DNA of 64,000 nt from an uncultured Rhodospirillaceae bacterium. Its GTDB lineage: Bacteria > Pseudomonadota > Alphaproteobacteria > UBA7887. Positions 27,273 through 37,350 of the stretch are shown piece by piece. A model generated the notes under the pieces. The model made no database searches, was not told where the DNA came from, and saw nothing but the letters and a program-made list of their open reading frames with translations. A program made the position numbers and the translations under genes. Within the stretch, counting starts at the first letter, position 1. Every line of letters starts with the position of its first letter. The stretch is from NCBI GenBank assembly GCA_964408735.1, contig CAYPAX010000011.1:369-64368 (forward strand). Reading direction: 5' to 3'.

Positions 27273-28184
27273 ATGTCTTTGGAAATCGAACCGCTCGACG
27301 CGACGCCGGGGGCCGTGGTCCACGGCGTCGCGTTGTCCGGCACGCTGGCGGAAACGGCCTTCGACGCCATCATGGCGGCATGGCACGAGCATGCCGTGCT
27401 GGTCTTCCCGAACCAGCACTTCGACAACGAGACCCAGGCCGCCTTCAGCCGCCGCATCGGGCCGCTCGAAAATGTATCGATCTTCAAGTTTCAAGGGGCC
27501 GATACGCCGAATGGCGAGCGCCTGGAATTCGCCGACCTCACCAACCGAGGCAGCGACGGCGGGCTGGTCGCGCCGGGCACCTCCGAGAAAAAGCTGCTCG
27601 ACGGCAATACCTTCTGGCATTCCGACAGCTCTTTCAAAGCTGTGCCCGCGAAGGCCTCGCTGCTGTCCGCACGCGCGGTGCCATCGCAGGGAGGCGAGAC
27701 CGAATATGCGGACATGCGTGCCGCCTATGACGCACTCGATCCTGATATGCAGGCCTGGCTGGAGGACAAGACCGCGATCCACTCCTACGCCTACAGCCAG
27801 AGCCCGGTCGGCGGCACCGAATTGGTGGTGGATTTTTCGCTGTTGCCGCCTGTCGAGCACCCCCTGGTGCTCACTCACCCCATCAGCGGGCGCAAGGCGC
27901 TGTATCTCGGGCGACACGCCAGTCACATCGTCGGCGAGGACGAAGACGAAGGCCGCGCCCTGCTCCGCCGTCTCTGCGACGAGGCCTGCCAGGCGCAGCG
28001 CACGTACAAGCACCAATGGCGCGAAGGCGACGCGGTACTGTGGGACAATCGCAGCGTCCTGCATCGCGGACACAGCTGGCCGGCGGACGAGCTGCGCCGC
28101 ATGGTGCGCACCACGATAGCCGGCAACGCCTCGGACAACGCCTGGCTCTTCGATACCGACATCCCTGTCAATGCCGCCACCTGA
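27273..28184 (+). CDS. TauD/TfdA-family Fe(II)/2-oxoglutarate dioxygenase
   Basis: WHSDSS (HxD), GGETEYAD, WDNRSVLHR. Confidence 0.9.
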   Translation: MSLEIEPLDATPGAVVHGVALSGTLAETAFDAIMAAWHEHAVLVFPNQHFDNETQAAFSRRIGPLENVSIFKFQGADTPNGERLEFADLTNRGSDGGLVAPGTSEKKLLDGNTFWHSDSSFKAVPAKASLLSARAVPSQGGETEYADMRAAYDALDPDMQAWLEDKTAIHSYAYSQSPVGGTELVVDFSLLPPVEHPLVLTHPISGRKALYLGRHASHIVGEDEDEGRALLRRLCDEACQAQRTYKHQWREGDAVLWDNRSVLHRGHSWPADELRRMVRTTIAGNASDNAWLFDTDIPVNAAT

Positions 28185-28190
28185 CGGCGT

Positions 28191-29384
28191 ATGAGCAATA
28201 GCGTCGCCCTGATCGGCGCCGCCGCCTGTCCGGTGGGCCGCCTGCAGTCACGCCCCGAGGATCCCATCCAGGTCGTCGAGCACGAAATCCTGACCGGCTT
28301 GGTGCTCGATGCGGTGGCCGATGCCGGCGTGACCAAGGAGCAGATCGACGCATTGGTGCTGGCGCAATGTCGCTCGGGCACTGTGCAGAAGTATTTCGCC
28401 ACCTTCATGGCGGACCTGCTGCGCCTGCCTATGGATGGTGCGGTGATGGAAGTGCTGGGCAACGGCATGACCGGCGGCCTCGCCTTCGACCAGGCGGTCA
28501 AGGAAGTGCGGCTCGGCCATGCCGAGGTGGCGCTGGCGCTCGGCATCAACATGGAATCCGCCATGACTGCCGGCGAGCAATCGAACGAGACCATGCGCAT
28601 GACGGGGGATGTGGATTTCCACACGCCGTTCGGCTTCACGCCGATCTCCTGGTACGCCCTGGATGCCATGCGCTACATGCACGACTTCGGCGCCACCCGC
28701 GAACAATTGGCGAGCGTCGCGGTCAAGAACCGCCGCCATGCCTCCCTCAACCCTCTCGCCCACTTCCGCAAACCCATCACTGTCGAGGATGTCGTCGCCC
28801 AACGCCCGATCGTCGAGCCGCTCGGGCTTTACGACGTGCCGGCGCGCGACGACGGCGCGGTCTGCCTGGTGGTGGCAAGCGAGGCTGTCGCCAAGGCCAG
28901 CGGCCGGCCCTACGCGAGGCTGCGCGGGCGTGGATTCCACCACGAGGGCGTCCACCAGATCAGCGAGTTGCCCAACGACATGACGGCCTTCGCGGCGGCA
29001 ACCCGCGCGGGCAACGCTGCCTGCGAGGCGGCGGGCATCGCCATGGATGATATCGATTTCGCCGAGCTCTACGCCCCCTGCACCATCACCGAGGTGCTGG
29101 TCAGCGAAGCGCTCGGCTTCTGCGACCGCGGCCGTGGCGCGGCGCAGGCGGAGGCTGGCGAGACGACGCTCGGCGGTCGCATTCCCATTTGCCCCTCGGG
29201 CGGCTGTCTGTCGCGCGGCCACCCCCCTTTTGTCACACCGCTCTACGACACCTATGAATGCCTCGAACAGCTGCGCGGAGATGCAGGCAAGCGCCAAGTC
29301 AAAGACGCGGCGCTGGCGCTGACCTGCTGCGAGCTCGGCAATTACAACGCCGCCCTGGTGCAGATCCTGGAGGCGGTGCGATGA
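28191..29384 (+). CDS. Thiolase-like protein (SCP-x/Ltp2 type, no nucleophilic Cys)
   Basis: KNRRHASLNPLAHF, DDGAVCLVV, AELY, SGGCLSRGHP; GNGMTG stands where CASG is canonical. Confidence 0.85.
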   Translation: MSNSVALIGAAACPVGRLQSRPEDPIQVVEHEILTGLVLDAVADAGVTKEQIDALVLAQCRSGTVQKYFATFMADLLRLPMDGAVMEVLGNGMTGGLAFDQAVKEVRLGHAEVALALGINMESAMTAGEQSNETMRMTGDVDFHTPFGFTPISWYALDAMRYMHDFGATREQLASVAVKNRRHASLNPLAHFRKPITVEDVVAQRPIVEPLGLYDVPARDDGAVCLVVASEAVAKASGRPYARLRGRGFHHEGVHQISELPNDMTAFAAATRAGNAACEAAGIAMDDIDFAELYAPCTITEVLVSEALGFCDRGRGAAQAEAGETTLGGRIPICPSGGCLSRGHPPFVTPLYDTYECLEQLRGDAGKRQVKDAALALTCCELGNYNAALVQILEAVR

Positions 29385-29812
29385 GCAACAGCCTGCCAAG
29401 TCTTGAAGTGGCGCGCAAGCGACCTTGGCCACCGCGCATCACGGCCTTTACCGAGCCGTTTTGGCAAGCGCTTAGCGATAGCCGGCTCACCACGACGCGC
29501 TGCACGGCCTGCGAGCTGCCGACATTCCCGCCCAAGCCCTACTGCCCTTCATGCTGGTCGCAGAACATGCGCTGGATAGCGCTATCCGGACATGGCCGGC
29601 TCTATTCGCGCACCGTGATCCATGTGGTCCCAGCGGATTTTGCAGAAGAGGCACCGTTGCACAACGGCATTGTCGATCTCGACGAAGGCCTGCGCGCGGC
29701 CGCCCGCTTGATCGGAGATACGCCCATTCCGCTGGACACCGCCGTCGAAGCGGTAGTGTTGCGTTACGAAGACGGGCCGCTGTTCGCATTTCGGCTGGCG
29801 TCCGCCGCCTGA
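29381..29812 (+). CDS. DUF35 Zn-ribbon/OB-fold protein
   Basis: RCTAC...PPKPYCPSC, G.LYSRTVIH; 4-bp overlap with the thiolase-like gene. Confidence 0.88.
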   Translation: MSNSLPSLEVARKRPWPPRITAFTEPFWQALSDSRLTTTRCTACELPTFPPKPYCPSCWSQNMRWIALSGHGRLYSRTVIHVVPADFAEEAPLHNGIVDLDEGLRAAARLIGDTPIPLDTAVEAVVLRYEDGPLFAFRLASAA

Positions 29813-31221
29813 AGCGCTTTATAGACCACCTGGGCCTCGGCAGGTGGCTTCAAGGATGGCTTGTCCGCCGATTGAATTCTCTGCGCAAACGCTTCCAACC
29901 GCGACGGTTCCAGATTCACTGCCTGGGCCAAATTGCGTAAGCCGATGGCAGGATCGCGGCACAACAGGTCATGATCGAAGAACACGACATCACTGCGATG
30001 GTGGCGCAAGATATATCCGTAGACATCCGCCCAGTAATGCAGCCAGTAGTCCACGGTTAGGGGCGAATCTCCGCCTCCCGGTTCGGAATCGCCGAGGAGA
30101 AACGGCCGCATGTTCGCACCAAACTCGAAATGCCCGAGCCAGGTCATATATCGCAGGCTAAACGGATCCCGGGCATGCAGCTCCAAAAAGTTCAGATGTT
30201 GCCGCAACAGCGATTGAGCGTGATCGACCGGGTTGCGGAACGGCACCAGCACAATGGCATCTGGAAAAGCCTTCTTGAGCGCGCCGATGCGCAGGACATT
30301 GTTGTTGTTCTTCGACAGGTACCTGCTCTCACCCGACGTGTCGGAAGCGGCGACTACGTTTCGAACGTAATGGCGGAATTCGCTGATCGTCTCGTCGTCG
30401 GGCGCATGCGGGCACGATCCGGCCTTCCGCAAGAAGTCCTGCCGCCCCGCCGTTAGCCAGAAAACCTCCTCGAACGCCTCCGGACTGTCATAGCCCACTT
30501 CTATGCCGTCGCCATGAGCCCGCTCCTTGCGAATGTCGCCTGAGCGAAGCCCCGACGACAGGCGCGACCAAAGCAGCGGCGCATGCACGAACGGCATGTT
30601 CCGATAGGTCAAACTGGAAAACGCCCCCGTCGAATACAACGCTTCCAAGACGATGGTCGTGCCCGAGCGCGCCAGGCCAGCGACGAAAACGGGTCTAGGG
30701 GACGGAGCCGCTTTGCCCTTGCCGAGGCTGATATCGATGTCCAGCGCAACGCGGCGCAGAAAGGGGCTGTCCAGTGCAAATGCGTGAAACGCTCTCTCCA
30801 GGAAATTATAGGCGCTGCCGGTCTTGTTTTGCCGTCCATCCCATGCGAAGTACAGGCAGCCAAGCAACAGGGCACAGAGATTTAGTTGCCAGTGCAACAT
30901 GCGAGATAGCACCTTTGCCGGATCGCCGAGAAACGGCCACAAAACGACAAAACTTGCAGCGCCGAATGCCACAAGCAAAATGAGTAAGAAAACGAGAATC
31001 CGCGAGCTTTCGAGAAATACACTGCCCGCATAGGACGGCAGCACCCGCTCCTTCCAATGATCCGATATTCGCCGAGATGTGATTGTGGCAATCGACTTGC
31101 GGAGGGTTCGCCGTAGTGAAAGGACGGCGGGACGGAGCGGCAGGAGGCGGAGCAGCGAGATCGCGGCTGCCAGCCCGGCGACGGCAGCCAGGCCATCCAG
31201 AAGCAGATCAGTCGGCGTCAA
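29764..31221 (-). CDS. Membrane-anchored PAPS-dependent sulfotransferase
   Basis: 5'-PSB VFVAGLARSGTT, KNN, 3'-PB FRNP.DHAQS; N-terminal TM helices. Confidence 0.85.
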   Translation of the reverse strand: MTPTDLLLDGLAAVAGLAAAISLLRLLPLRPAVLSLRRTLRKSIATITSRRISDHWKERVLPSYAGSVFLESSRILVFLLILLVAFGAASFVVLWPFLGDPAKVLSRMLHWQLNLCALLLGCLYFAWDGRQNKTGSAYNFLERAFHAFALDSPFLRRVALDIDISLGKGKAAPSPRPVFVAGLARSGTTIVLEALYSTGAFSSLTYRNMPFVHAPLLWSRLSSGLRSGDIRKERAHGDGIEVGYDSPEAFEEVFWLTAGRQDFLRKAGSCPHAPDDETISEFRHYVRNVVAASDTSGESRYLSKNNNNVLRIGALKKAFPDAIVLVPFRNPVDHAQSLLRQHLNFLELHARDPFSLRYMTWLGHFEFGANMRPFLLGDSEPGGGDSPLTVDYWLHYWADVYGYILRHHRSDVVFFDHDLLCRDPAIGLRNLAQAVNLEPSRLEAFAQRIQSADKPSLKPPAEAQVVYKALQAADASRNANSGPSS

Positions 31222-31435
31222 GCTTGTCCTCCGCCGACTTCACGGACTTCGACATCTTCTTCAACATGCGTTTGACGGGGTACCAGACGAGTCCCACGGT
31301 GAGCAACACGACGGCAGCCAAAATGCCTATCACGGTGCCGACCGCCCCCAGCCCGAGGCCGGGGCCGAGATAAGCGAACGCCGTGGCAGGCGACATGAAT
31401 ACGATTGCGGCTGCCAGAGCCGTTGAGCGAATCAT
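31208..31435 (-). CDS. Small membrane protein with AFAYLGPG motif
   Basis: Signal-like N-terminus, YLGPG, TM helix and basic tail; overlaps the sulfotransferase start. Confidence 0.7.
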   Translation of the reverse strand: MIRSTALAAAIVFMSPATAFAYLGPGLGLGAVGTVIGILAAVVLLTVGLVWYPVKRMLKKMSKSVKSAEDKLDAD

Positions 31436-31654
31436 CGAAGATCTCGCCTGAGGGGACATCCCGACATTTCCACCTGACCCCTCATGAATGAAGGCATTAC
31501 GTTCACGTACCAGGACTTTAACTCAGCCCAACTGAAGGTCACTGCAACAGCATTCCTACGGCACGACTTTTCAGCCAATATCATCAACGCCAATTCACGG
31601 TTCGGCAAGAGCCTATGACGAACGAAAATCCCCTTGAAATCAGGGAAAACGGAT

Positions 31655-33001
31655 ATGCGAAATTCCGAAAAAATTAAACCCGAGTCATCCCGTTTGATAT
31701 CTCTGGTCTCCGCCGCCCTTATTCTATTGATTGTTTCGTTTGGGTTCGGGATGCATTCCGGGCACAGTCATAATTCCGTTTACGACCTCATTCTGTCCCT
31801 CAAAAAGACGCTGGAGCTTACCTATCGCCATGTCATGAATGTGCGGGACGAGATTCTCTTCTCGGACGTCGATGCCAATGAACCGGCTATCACGACGATC
31901 TTTCCGGATCGTTTGAACGCAGGCCTGATATTGCTGGCGGGGATGGACGCGAAAAGCCGCAACACCATACGTGTCGTCACGCGCGACGGAACGCTGGTCC
32001 ATGATTGGCAGCCCGACTGGTTCGAAATCTGGGGCGACAGGGGAGCATTCCCGGACTCCCGTTGGATAGGCTCGCAACCTGGCTCGTTCGTTCACGGCAT
32101 CGAGATGCTGCCGTCCGGCGATATCGTTTTCAACTTCGAGCATTTGAGCACCGTGCGCATGGACCCATGCGGCGAGGTGGTATGGAAGTTGGAGAACCTA
32201 GGTCATCATTCGGTTCATCTCGCCGAAGATGGCATGCTCTGGGTGCCTGCCGAGACCTATTACGAGCAAGAGCCGACAGGTCAGCGGAACCACGAGGCGC
32301 CGTTGCGATCCTGGACTTTGCAAAAGATATCACCGGCAGGAGAGATACTCGAAACACTCGATGTCATAGATATCCTGGAGATGAACGATCTGCACGGGCT
32401 GCTGTTCCTGTCGTCGTTGGAGAATGACGAGACGGTGGTTTCCGGCGATACGCTTCACTTGAACGATATCGATATCTTCCCCGCCGCCTTGCAATCCGAG
32501 ATCTTCTCACCCGGCGACATCATGTTCTCGCTGCGGAACATAAACACGGTGATCGTGATAGATGCCGAGACCCACCAGGTAAAATTTCGCGCAACCGGAC
32601 AGTTTCTCCGTCAACACGACCCGGATTTCGCCCCAGGCGACCGAATATCGCTGTTCGACAATCGCACTATGCTGCCCGCCCGGGGACAGGCTTGGACCGC
32701 CAGCCGAATACTCGAATTGGATACACGTAGCGGCGAGGCCACGGTCATATCCGATATTGACGGAGATGCGGCGTTCTCTACGGCAATCATGGGGACCCAT
32801 CAGCGCCTGGAGAATGGCAATATTCTCGTTGTCTCGGCGCGAGAGGGACGAATATTGGAAATCCTTCGGGATGGCTCGCTGGCATGGGAATTTCAGCACC
32901 GTGTCGACGAAGGCCGAAACGGCCTGGTGACGATTGGGACGCTGTTGCCGCCGGAGATGGATGAAGCTTTTTTTGCCGGGCTGGCTGCGGCCTGCGACTA
33001 G
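31655..33001 (+). CDS. Arylsulfotransferase (ASST-like beta-propeller)
   Basis: N-terminal TM; HHSVH, HLNDID, RQHD and GTHQRLENGNILV motifs. Confidence 0.82.
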   Translation: MRNSEKIKPESSRLISLVSAALILLIVSFGFGMHSGHSHNSVYDLILSLKKTLELTYRHVMNVRDEILFSDVDANEPAITTIFPDRLNAGLILLAGMDAKSRNTIRVVTRDGTLVHDWQPDWFEIWGDRGAFPDSRWIGSQPGSFVHGIEMLPSGDIVFNFEHLSTVRMDPCGEVVWKLENLGHHSVHLAEDGMLWVPAETYYEQEPTGQRNHEAPLRSWTLQKISPAGEILETLDVIDILEMNDLHGLLFLSSLENDETVVSGDTLHLNDIDIFPAALQSEIFSPGDIMFSLRNINTVIVIDAETHQVKFRATGQFLRQHDPDFAPGDRISLFDNRTMLPARGQAWTASRILELDTRSGEATVISDIDGDAAFSTAIMGTHQRLENGNILVVSAREGRILEILRDGSLAWEFQHRVDEGRNGLVTIGTLLPPEMDEAFFAGLAAACD

Positions 33002-33056
33002 AGCGGCCGGGCATAAGAGCCTATTCTGCTTACGTGGCAATGACGAGGGATCGACA

Positions 33057-34412
33057 ATGAACCTGTCCAGACTGTTGGCGGCGCGGGCCGAGGCCGGCGA
33101 GCCGGTGCGAGCTGGCATTATTGGCGCCGGCAAGTTCGGCACCATGTTTCTGGCCCAGGCCCGGCTGACGACCGGCCTGCAAGTGCTCGGCATTGCAGAC
33201 CTCGACGTGGCAAAGGCAAAGACCAATTGCCGTGGTGCCGGTTGGAGCGAAGAGCAACTCGCCGCGCCGGACCTCGATAGCGCTGCGAAGACAGGCGCAA
33301 CGCATGTCGGCGGCGACGCGCAGGCCTTGCTGTCCCACCCGGCGCTTGAGGTGCTGATCGAGGCCACAGGCGATGCGCGCATCGGCATTCGCCATTGTCT
33401 GGCCGCCATCGACAACGGCAAGCACGTCATCATGGTCAATGTCGAGGCGGACGTGGTGGCCGGGCCCCTGCTGGCGCGCCGCGCCGAGCGCGCCGGTGTC
33501 GTCTACAGCCTTGCCTGGGGCGACCAGCCGGCCCTCATCGCCGAGCATGTGGACTGGGCGCGGGCTTGCGGCTTTAGCGTGGTCTGTGCCGGCAAGGGCA
33601 CGCGCTATCACCCGGACTTCCACCGCTCCACACCCGACACGGTCTGGGACAACTTTCATTTCGGACGTGAGACGGCGGAGCGCGGCGGCATGAATCCGAA
33701 GATGTTCAACTCGTTCATCGACGGCACCAAGTCCGGCATCGAGATGACGGCGGTATGTAACGCCACGGGCCTGACGCCGCAGCCCGATGGACTGTCCTTC
33801 CCGCCCTGCTCCCAGGGAGAGCTGGCCGAAGTGCTCAAGCCCAAGGCCGCCGGCGGCTGCACCAACCATGCCGGCACGACGGAGGTGGTGTCATCCCTCC
33901 ACCGTGACATGACGCCGGTCGAGAACGACTTGATGATGGGCACTTATGTGGTCATCGAAGGAGACAACGATTATGTGCGGCACTGCTTCGAGGAATACCG
34001 CATGCTGCCGGACGCCAGCTTCCACTACGCCGCGCTATACAGACCCACCCACATGATCGGTCTCGAACTCGGCATATCCGTCGCCTCGGCGGCGCTGCGG
34101 GGCGAGCCGACGGGGTCGCCGACGGGCTTCCGCTCCGATGTGGTGGCCTGCGCCAAGCGCCCCCTCAAGAAAGGCGAGATGCTGGATGGCGAGGGCGGCT
34201 ACATGGTCTGGGGCAAGCAGGTGCCGGCGTCGGAGTCCCTTGCCATGGGCGGCCTGCCGCTGGGCCTTGCCGGCGAGGTCGCCCTGACCCGCGACATCGC
34301 CGAAGGCGAATTGCTGACCTGGTCCGATGCTGCGATCGACGATAGCGATGCGGCGGTCCGCGTTCGCCGCGAGATGGAAGCGGCTTTCGGGCGCAGCAAT
34401 ACAGCCGTGTGA
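33057..34412 (+). CDS. NAD(P)-binding homoserine dehydrogenase-like oxidoreductase with C-terminal SAF domain (COG4091-like)
   Basis: GAGKFG, MVNVEAD, GDQPA, MFNSFIDGTKS, KGEMLDGEGGY.VWG. Confidence 0.85.
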   Translation: MNLSRLLAARAEAGEPVRAGIIGAGKFGTMFLAQARLTTGLQVLGIADLDVAKAKTNCRGAGWSEEQLAAPDLDSAAKTGATHVGGDAQALLSHPALEVLIEATGDARIGIRHCLAAIDNGKHVIMVNVEADVVAGPLLARRAERAGVVYSLAWGDQPALIAEHVDWARACGFSVVCAGKGTRYHPDFHRSTPDTVWDNFHFGRETAERGGMNPKMFNSFIDGTKSGIEMTAVCNATGLTPQPDGLSFPPCSQGELAEVLKPKAAGGCTNHAGTTEVVSSLHRDMTPVENDLMMGTYVVIEGDNDYVRHCFEEYRMLPDASFHYAALYRPTHMIGLELGISVASAALRGEPTGSPTGFRSDVVACAKRPLKKGEMLDGEGGYMVWGKQVPASESLAMGGLPLGLAGEVALTRDIAEGELLTWSDAAIDDSDAAVRVRREMEAAFGRSNTAV

Positions 34413-34419
34413 ACGGCTC

Positions 34420-35229
34420 TTATACCGGCTGATAGACGCCGCGATGCCCGTCCACGCGCTTGAAGGATTCGGTAACGCCGATCACCGTTTCCGAACCGCC
34501 AAGGAAGAGATAGCCATCGTCCGTCATGCGCTTGCGAATATTGTCCAGGACGCGCTTTTTCGTATCCGGATCGAAATAGATCAGGACATTGCGGCAAAAT
34601 ACCGTATCGAATTTTCCCAAGGCGTCGAAGCTTTGCAGCAAATTGAGATTTCGGAATGTCACCATGGCACGAATGGCACTATCGATCTGCCAGGTCTCAT
34701 TGACCTGTTTGAAGTGGTCCATCAACATCTTGACGGGCAAGCCGCGCTGCACTTCGAACTGAGAATATAATCCGACCTTGGCTTTGCCCAACGCTTCGTT
34801 CGACAGGTCCGTCGCCACAATATCGTTTCGCCAGCCAAGCAGCTCCGCGGCCGCATCCTTGAGGATCATGGCGAGGGAATACGGCTCCTGGCCCGTGGAG
34901 CAGGCCGCGCACCAGATGCGCATCTTCTTTTGTGTGTGCCGCGCCTCGCGCAGCGACGGCAGCACGAAGTTCTTGAACTCCTCAAAGGGACGGGTATCGC
35001 GGAAGAAAAACGTCTCGTTCGTGGTCATCGCCTCGACCACGTCGTTGATCAGCGCTTCCGAGCCATTGCCGCGAACCTTGGTAATGAGCTGATCCACCGA
35101 TTCGACACCATGGCCCCGCGTCAGTGGCATCAGGCGCGATTCCAGCAGGTAGGTCTTTTCCTTGGTCAGGACCAGTCCCGACCTGTCCCGGATCAGAGTG
35201 CTGATGAACTCGAAATCCTGGGGTGACAT
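34420..35229 (-). CDS. cheR: Chemotaxis methyltransferase
   Basis: TTNETFFFRD, WCAACSTGQEPYS, FCRNVLIYF. Confidence 0.95.
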   Translation of the reverse strand: MSPQDFEFISTLIRDRSGLVLTKEKTYLLESRLMPLTRGHGVESVDQLITKVRGNGSEALINDVVEAMTTNETFFFRDTRPFEEFKNFVLPSLREARHTQKKMRIWCAACSTGQEPYSLAMILKDAAAELLGWRNDIVATDLSNEALGKAKVGLYSQFEVQRGLPVKMLMDHFKQVNETWQIDSAIRAMVTFRNLNLLQSFDALGKFDTVFCRNVLIYFDPDTKKRVLDNIRKRMTDDGYLFLGGSETVIGVTESFKRVDGHRGVYQPV

Positions 35230-35231
35230 GA

Positions 35232-36413
35232 CTACTTGGCCCCAAACACTTTTAGAACAAAGGCAGCGATGTCATCCTTCGGCAGCACCGCGCAACACAA
35301 GCCCGCCGTCGCCACGGCTCCGGGCATCCCCCAAACAATGCTGGTCGCTTCGTCCTGGGCCACAGTGCAGCCGCCCAGTGCGCTCAGCTTACGCACGCCC
35401 TCCAAACCGTCATGCCCCATGCCTGTCATGATGAGGGTCAGCACCTTGCTGCCATAGACCTCGGCCAAGCTGCGCAACATGGGATCGACAGCGGGCCGGC
35501 AGAAATTCTCCGGCGGCGACTGGGTAAGGCGCAGGCGCCCGACCTTGCCATCGGTCTCGGCAATCATGTGATAATCGCCTGGTGCGACATAAATGCGGCC
35601 GCCCGAGATCACATCGCCGTCGGCCGCCTCGTCGGCCGGGATGCCGGTCACGCGCTGCAGCCGTTCGGCAAAGATTTTCGTGAATGTCGGCGGCATGTGC
35701 TGAGTGATCAGGATGGGGTAGCGGAAGCCGCGAAAATCCTTGAGTAGATCCAACAAGGCCTGCGGCCCGCCGGTCGAAGAGCCGATCGCGAGTATTTGAG
35801 GGGGGATCGTCGGCGCCTTGGTGAGAACGATGGACGCGCCGCCATAGAGAGACTTCTTAACGGCACCCTCGGCCTTGGGCGCCGCCGCCGTCTCTTTGGC
35901 GCCCGCCGCCGTCGCCGCCGCTCGGCCGCTACCAGCCCGAGACTTGCCGTCGCCCTCGGAGGGTTTGCGCGCCTTACCGCCATGCTGGCCGTGCACACGC
36001 ACTTTTTCCACGACCTCACGCTGAAAGTCGTAGGCGCCGCCGATCCGCCCGGTGGTCGGTTTCGGCACGTAATCCGCCGCCCCGTCGTCAAGCGCCTTCA
36101 AGCTGATGGAAGCGTTCCGATCGGTCAGCGTCGAGGCCATGATGACTTTTACGGAGGGATCGACCTTGAGGATTTTCGGCAGCGCCTCCAAGCCATCCAT
36201 CACCGGCATCTCGATATCGAGGATGACGATATCCACATCGCCTTTGCCGATCCGATTTACCGCAGCCTTGCCGTTGGGCACCGCATCGACAACGGTAATG
36301 TCGTCTTCCTGTTCGAGGAATCGTCGCAAGATTCCGCGAACCACTGCCGAATCGTCGCAAATTAGGACCTGAATGGAACCCGATGGCGCGGCGGAGTTCG
36401 ACACGTCAGTCAA
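35232..36413 (-). CDS. cheB: Chemotaxis methylesterase response regulator
   Basis: REC plus GSSTGGP, QHMP and MTGMG.DG. Confidence 0.95.
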   Translation of the reverse strand: MTDVSNSAAPSGSIQVLICDDSAVVRGILRRFLEQEDDITVVDAVPNGKAAVNRIGKGDVDIVILDIEMPVMDGLEALPKILKVDPSVKVIMASTLTDRNASISLKALDDGAADYVPKPTTGRIGGAYDFQREVVEKVRVHGQHGGKARKPSEGDGKSRAGSGRAAATAAGAKETAAAPKAEGAVKKSLYGGASIVLTKAPTIPPQILAIGSSTGGPQALLDLLKDFRGFRYPILITQHMPPTFTKIFAERLQRVTGIPADEAADGDVISGGRIYVAPGDYHMIAETDGKVGRLRLTQSPPENFCRPAVDPMLRSLAEVYGSKVLTLIMTGMGHDGLEGVRKLSALGGCTVAQDEATSIVWGMPGAVATAGLCCAVLPKDDIAAFVLKVFGAK

Positions 36414-36774
36414 TCAGCCCGACTTGGGCAAACTTCGACTGAACGATGTCGCCGTCGAAGGGCTTCATGATGTACTCGTTTGCACCCATGGACATGGCCT
36501 CGACGATATGCGCCATGTCATTTTCCGTGGTGCAAAAAATCACCTTTGGCGCATCCCCGCCGGGCATCTTGCGCAACGCGGTTATGAACTCCAGCCCGTT
36601 CATGACGGGCATGTTCCAATCGAGCATGATGGCATCGGGCATCGCTGCCTCACATGCCTCCACTGCCTTCTCGCCATTCTCGGCTTCGATCACCTCGAAA
36701 CCAATTTCTTCGACGATACGCCGAGCGACCGTCCTTACCACTTTGGAGTCGTCAACGACCAGACAGGTCTTCAT
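36406..36774 (-). CDS. cheY: Chemotaxis response regulator
   Basis: Single REC domain: VDD, LDWNMP, KPF. Confidence 0.93.
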   Translation of the reverse strand: MKTCLVVDDSKVVRTVARRIVEEIGFEVIEAENGEKAVEACEAAMPDAIMLDWNMPVMNGLEFITALRKMPGGDAPKVIFCTTENDMAHIVEAMSMGANEYIMKPFDGDIVQSKFAQVGLID

Positions 36775-36849
36775 GAGGCAACCGTCATAGAAAAAGGGGA
36801 GTATAGCTTACGCGCGAAGGTAACGTCAGGACCGTGCCTCGGCAGCAGT

Positions 36850-37350
36850 CTAGTCGCCGAAGTCCAGTATTCTCCCCACGTCTAGCACTGCCAGCAACTC
36901 CGCGTCGAGTCTGTATATCCCAACGGAAACCGCGCGCCAAACCGGATCCAGGGTGGATGGGTTTCTCTCGATCCAATCGTCCGGGAGACTCATGACGTCG
37001 CCGACGGTATCGAATATCAAGCTGTAGAGTTCGCCTTCGTATTCGACCACCACACTCATGGGCTTCTGGTCGCTGTCCAACGGCTCCAATCCCAGACGAA
37101 CGCGCATATCGATTGCCGTGACGATACGGCCACGCAAATTCAGCGACCCCGCCACCTCCGGCCGCGCCAAAGGTATGTTCGTGATGGCATCAGGTTGGAA
37201 AATATCCTGAACCGACAGAATGGGCAGGCCAACTTTTTGACCGGCGACCGCCATGGTCACGAAATCGCTGCTGGCAACCTGATCCGCGTCCAGCTCATGC
37301 AGATCGTTGCTGGATGATGGTGTCTTTTCCAATGTCTGTACGTCGTTCAT
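36850..37350 (-). CDS. cheW: Chemotaxis coupling protein
   Basis: GSLNLRGRIVTAID motif. Confidence 0.93.
   Translation of the reverse strand: MNDVQTLEKTPSSSNDLHELDADQVASSDFVTMAVAGQKVGLPILSVQDIFQPDAITNIPLARPEVAGSLNLRGRIVTAIDMRVRLGLEPLDSDQKPMSVVVEYEGELYSLIFDTVGDVMSLPDDWIERNPSTLDPVWRAVSVGIYRLDAELLAVLDVGRILDFGD

Noticed and set aside
31559-31573. CGGCACGACTTTTCA as a sigma54 promoter for the arylsulfotransferase
   Set aside because: The -24 element matches, but the near-invariant -12 GC is CA.
33057-34412. SAF-domain oxidoreductase as part of an apionate pathway with the DUF1537 kinase and transketolase
   Set aside because: The genes are 8-22 kb apart and not co-oriented, and I cannot support a specific substrate from motifs.
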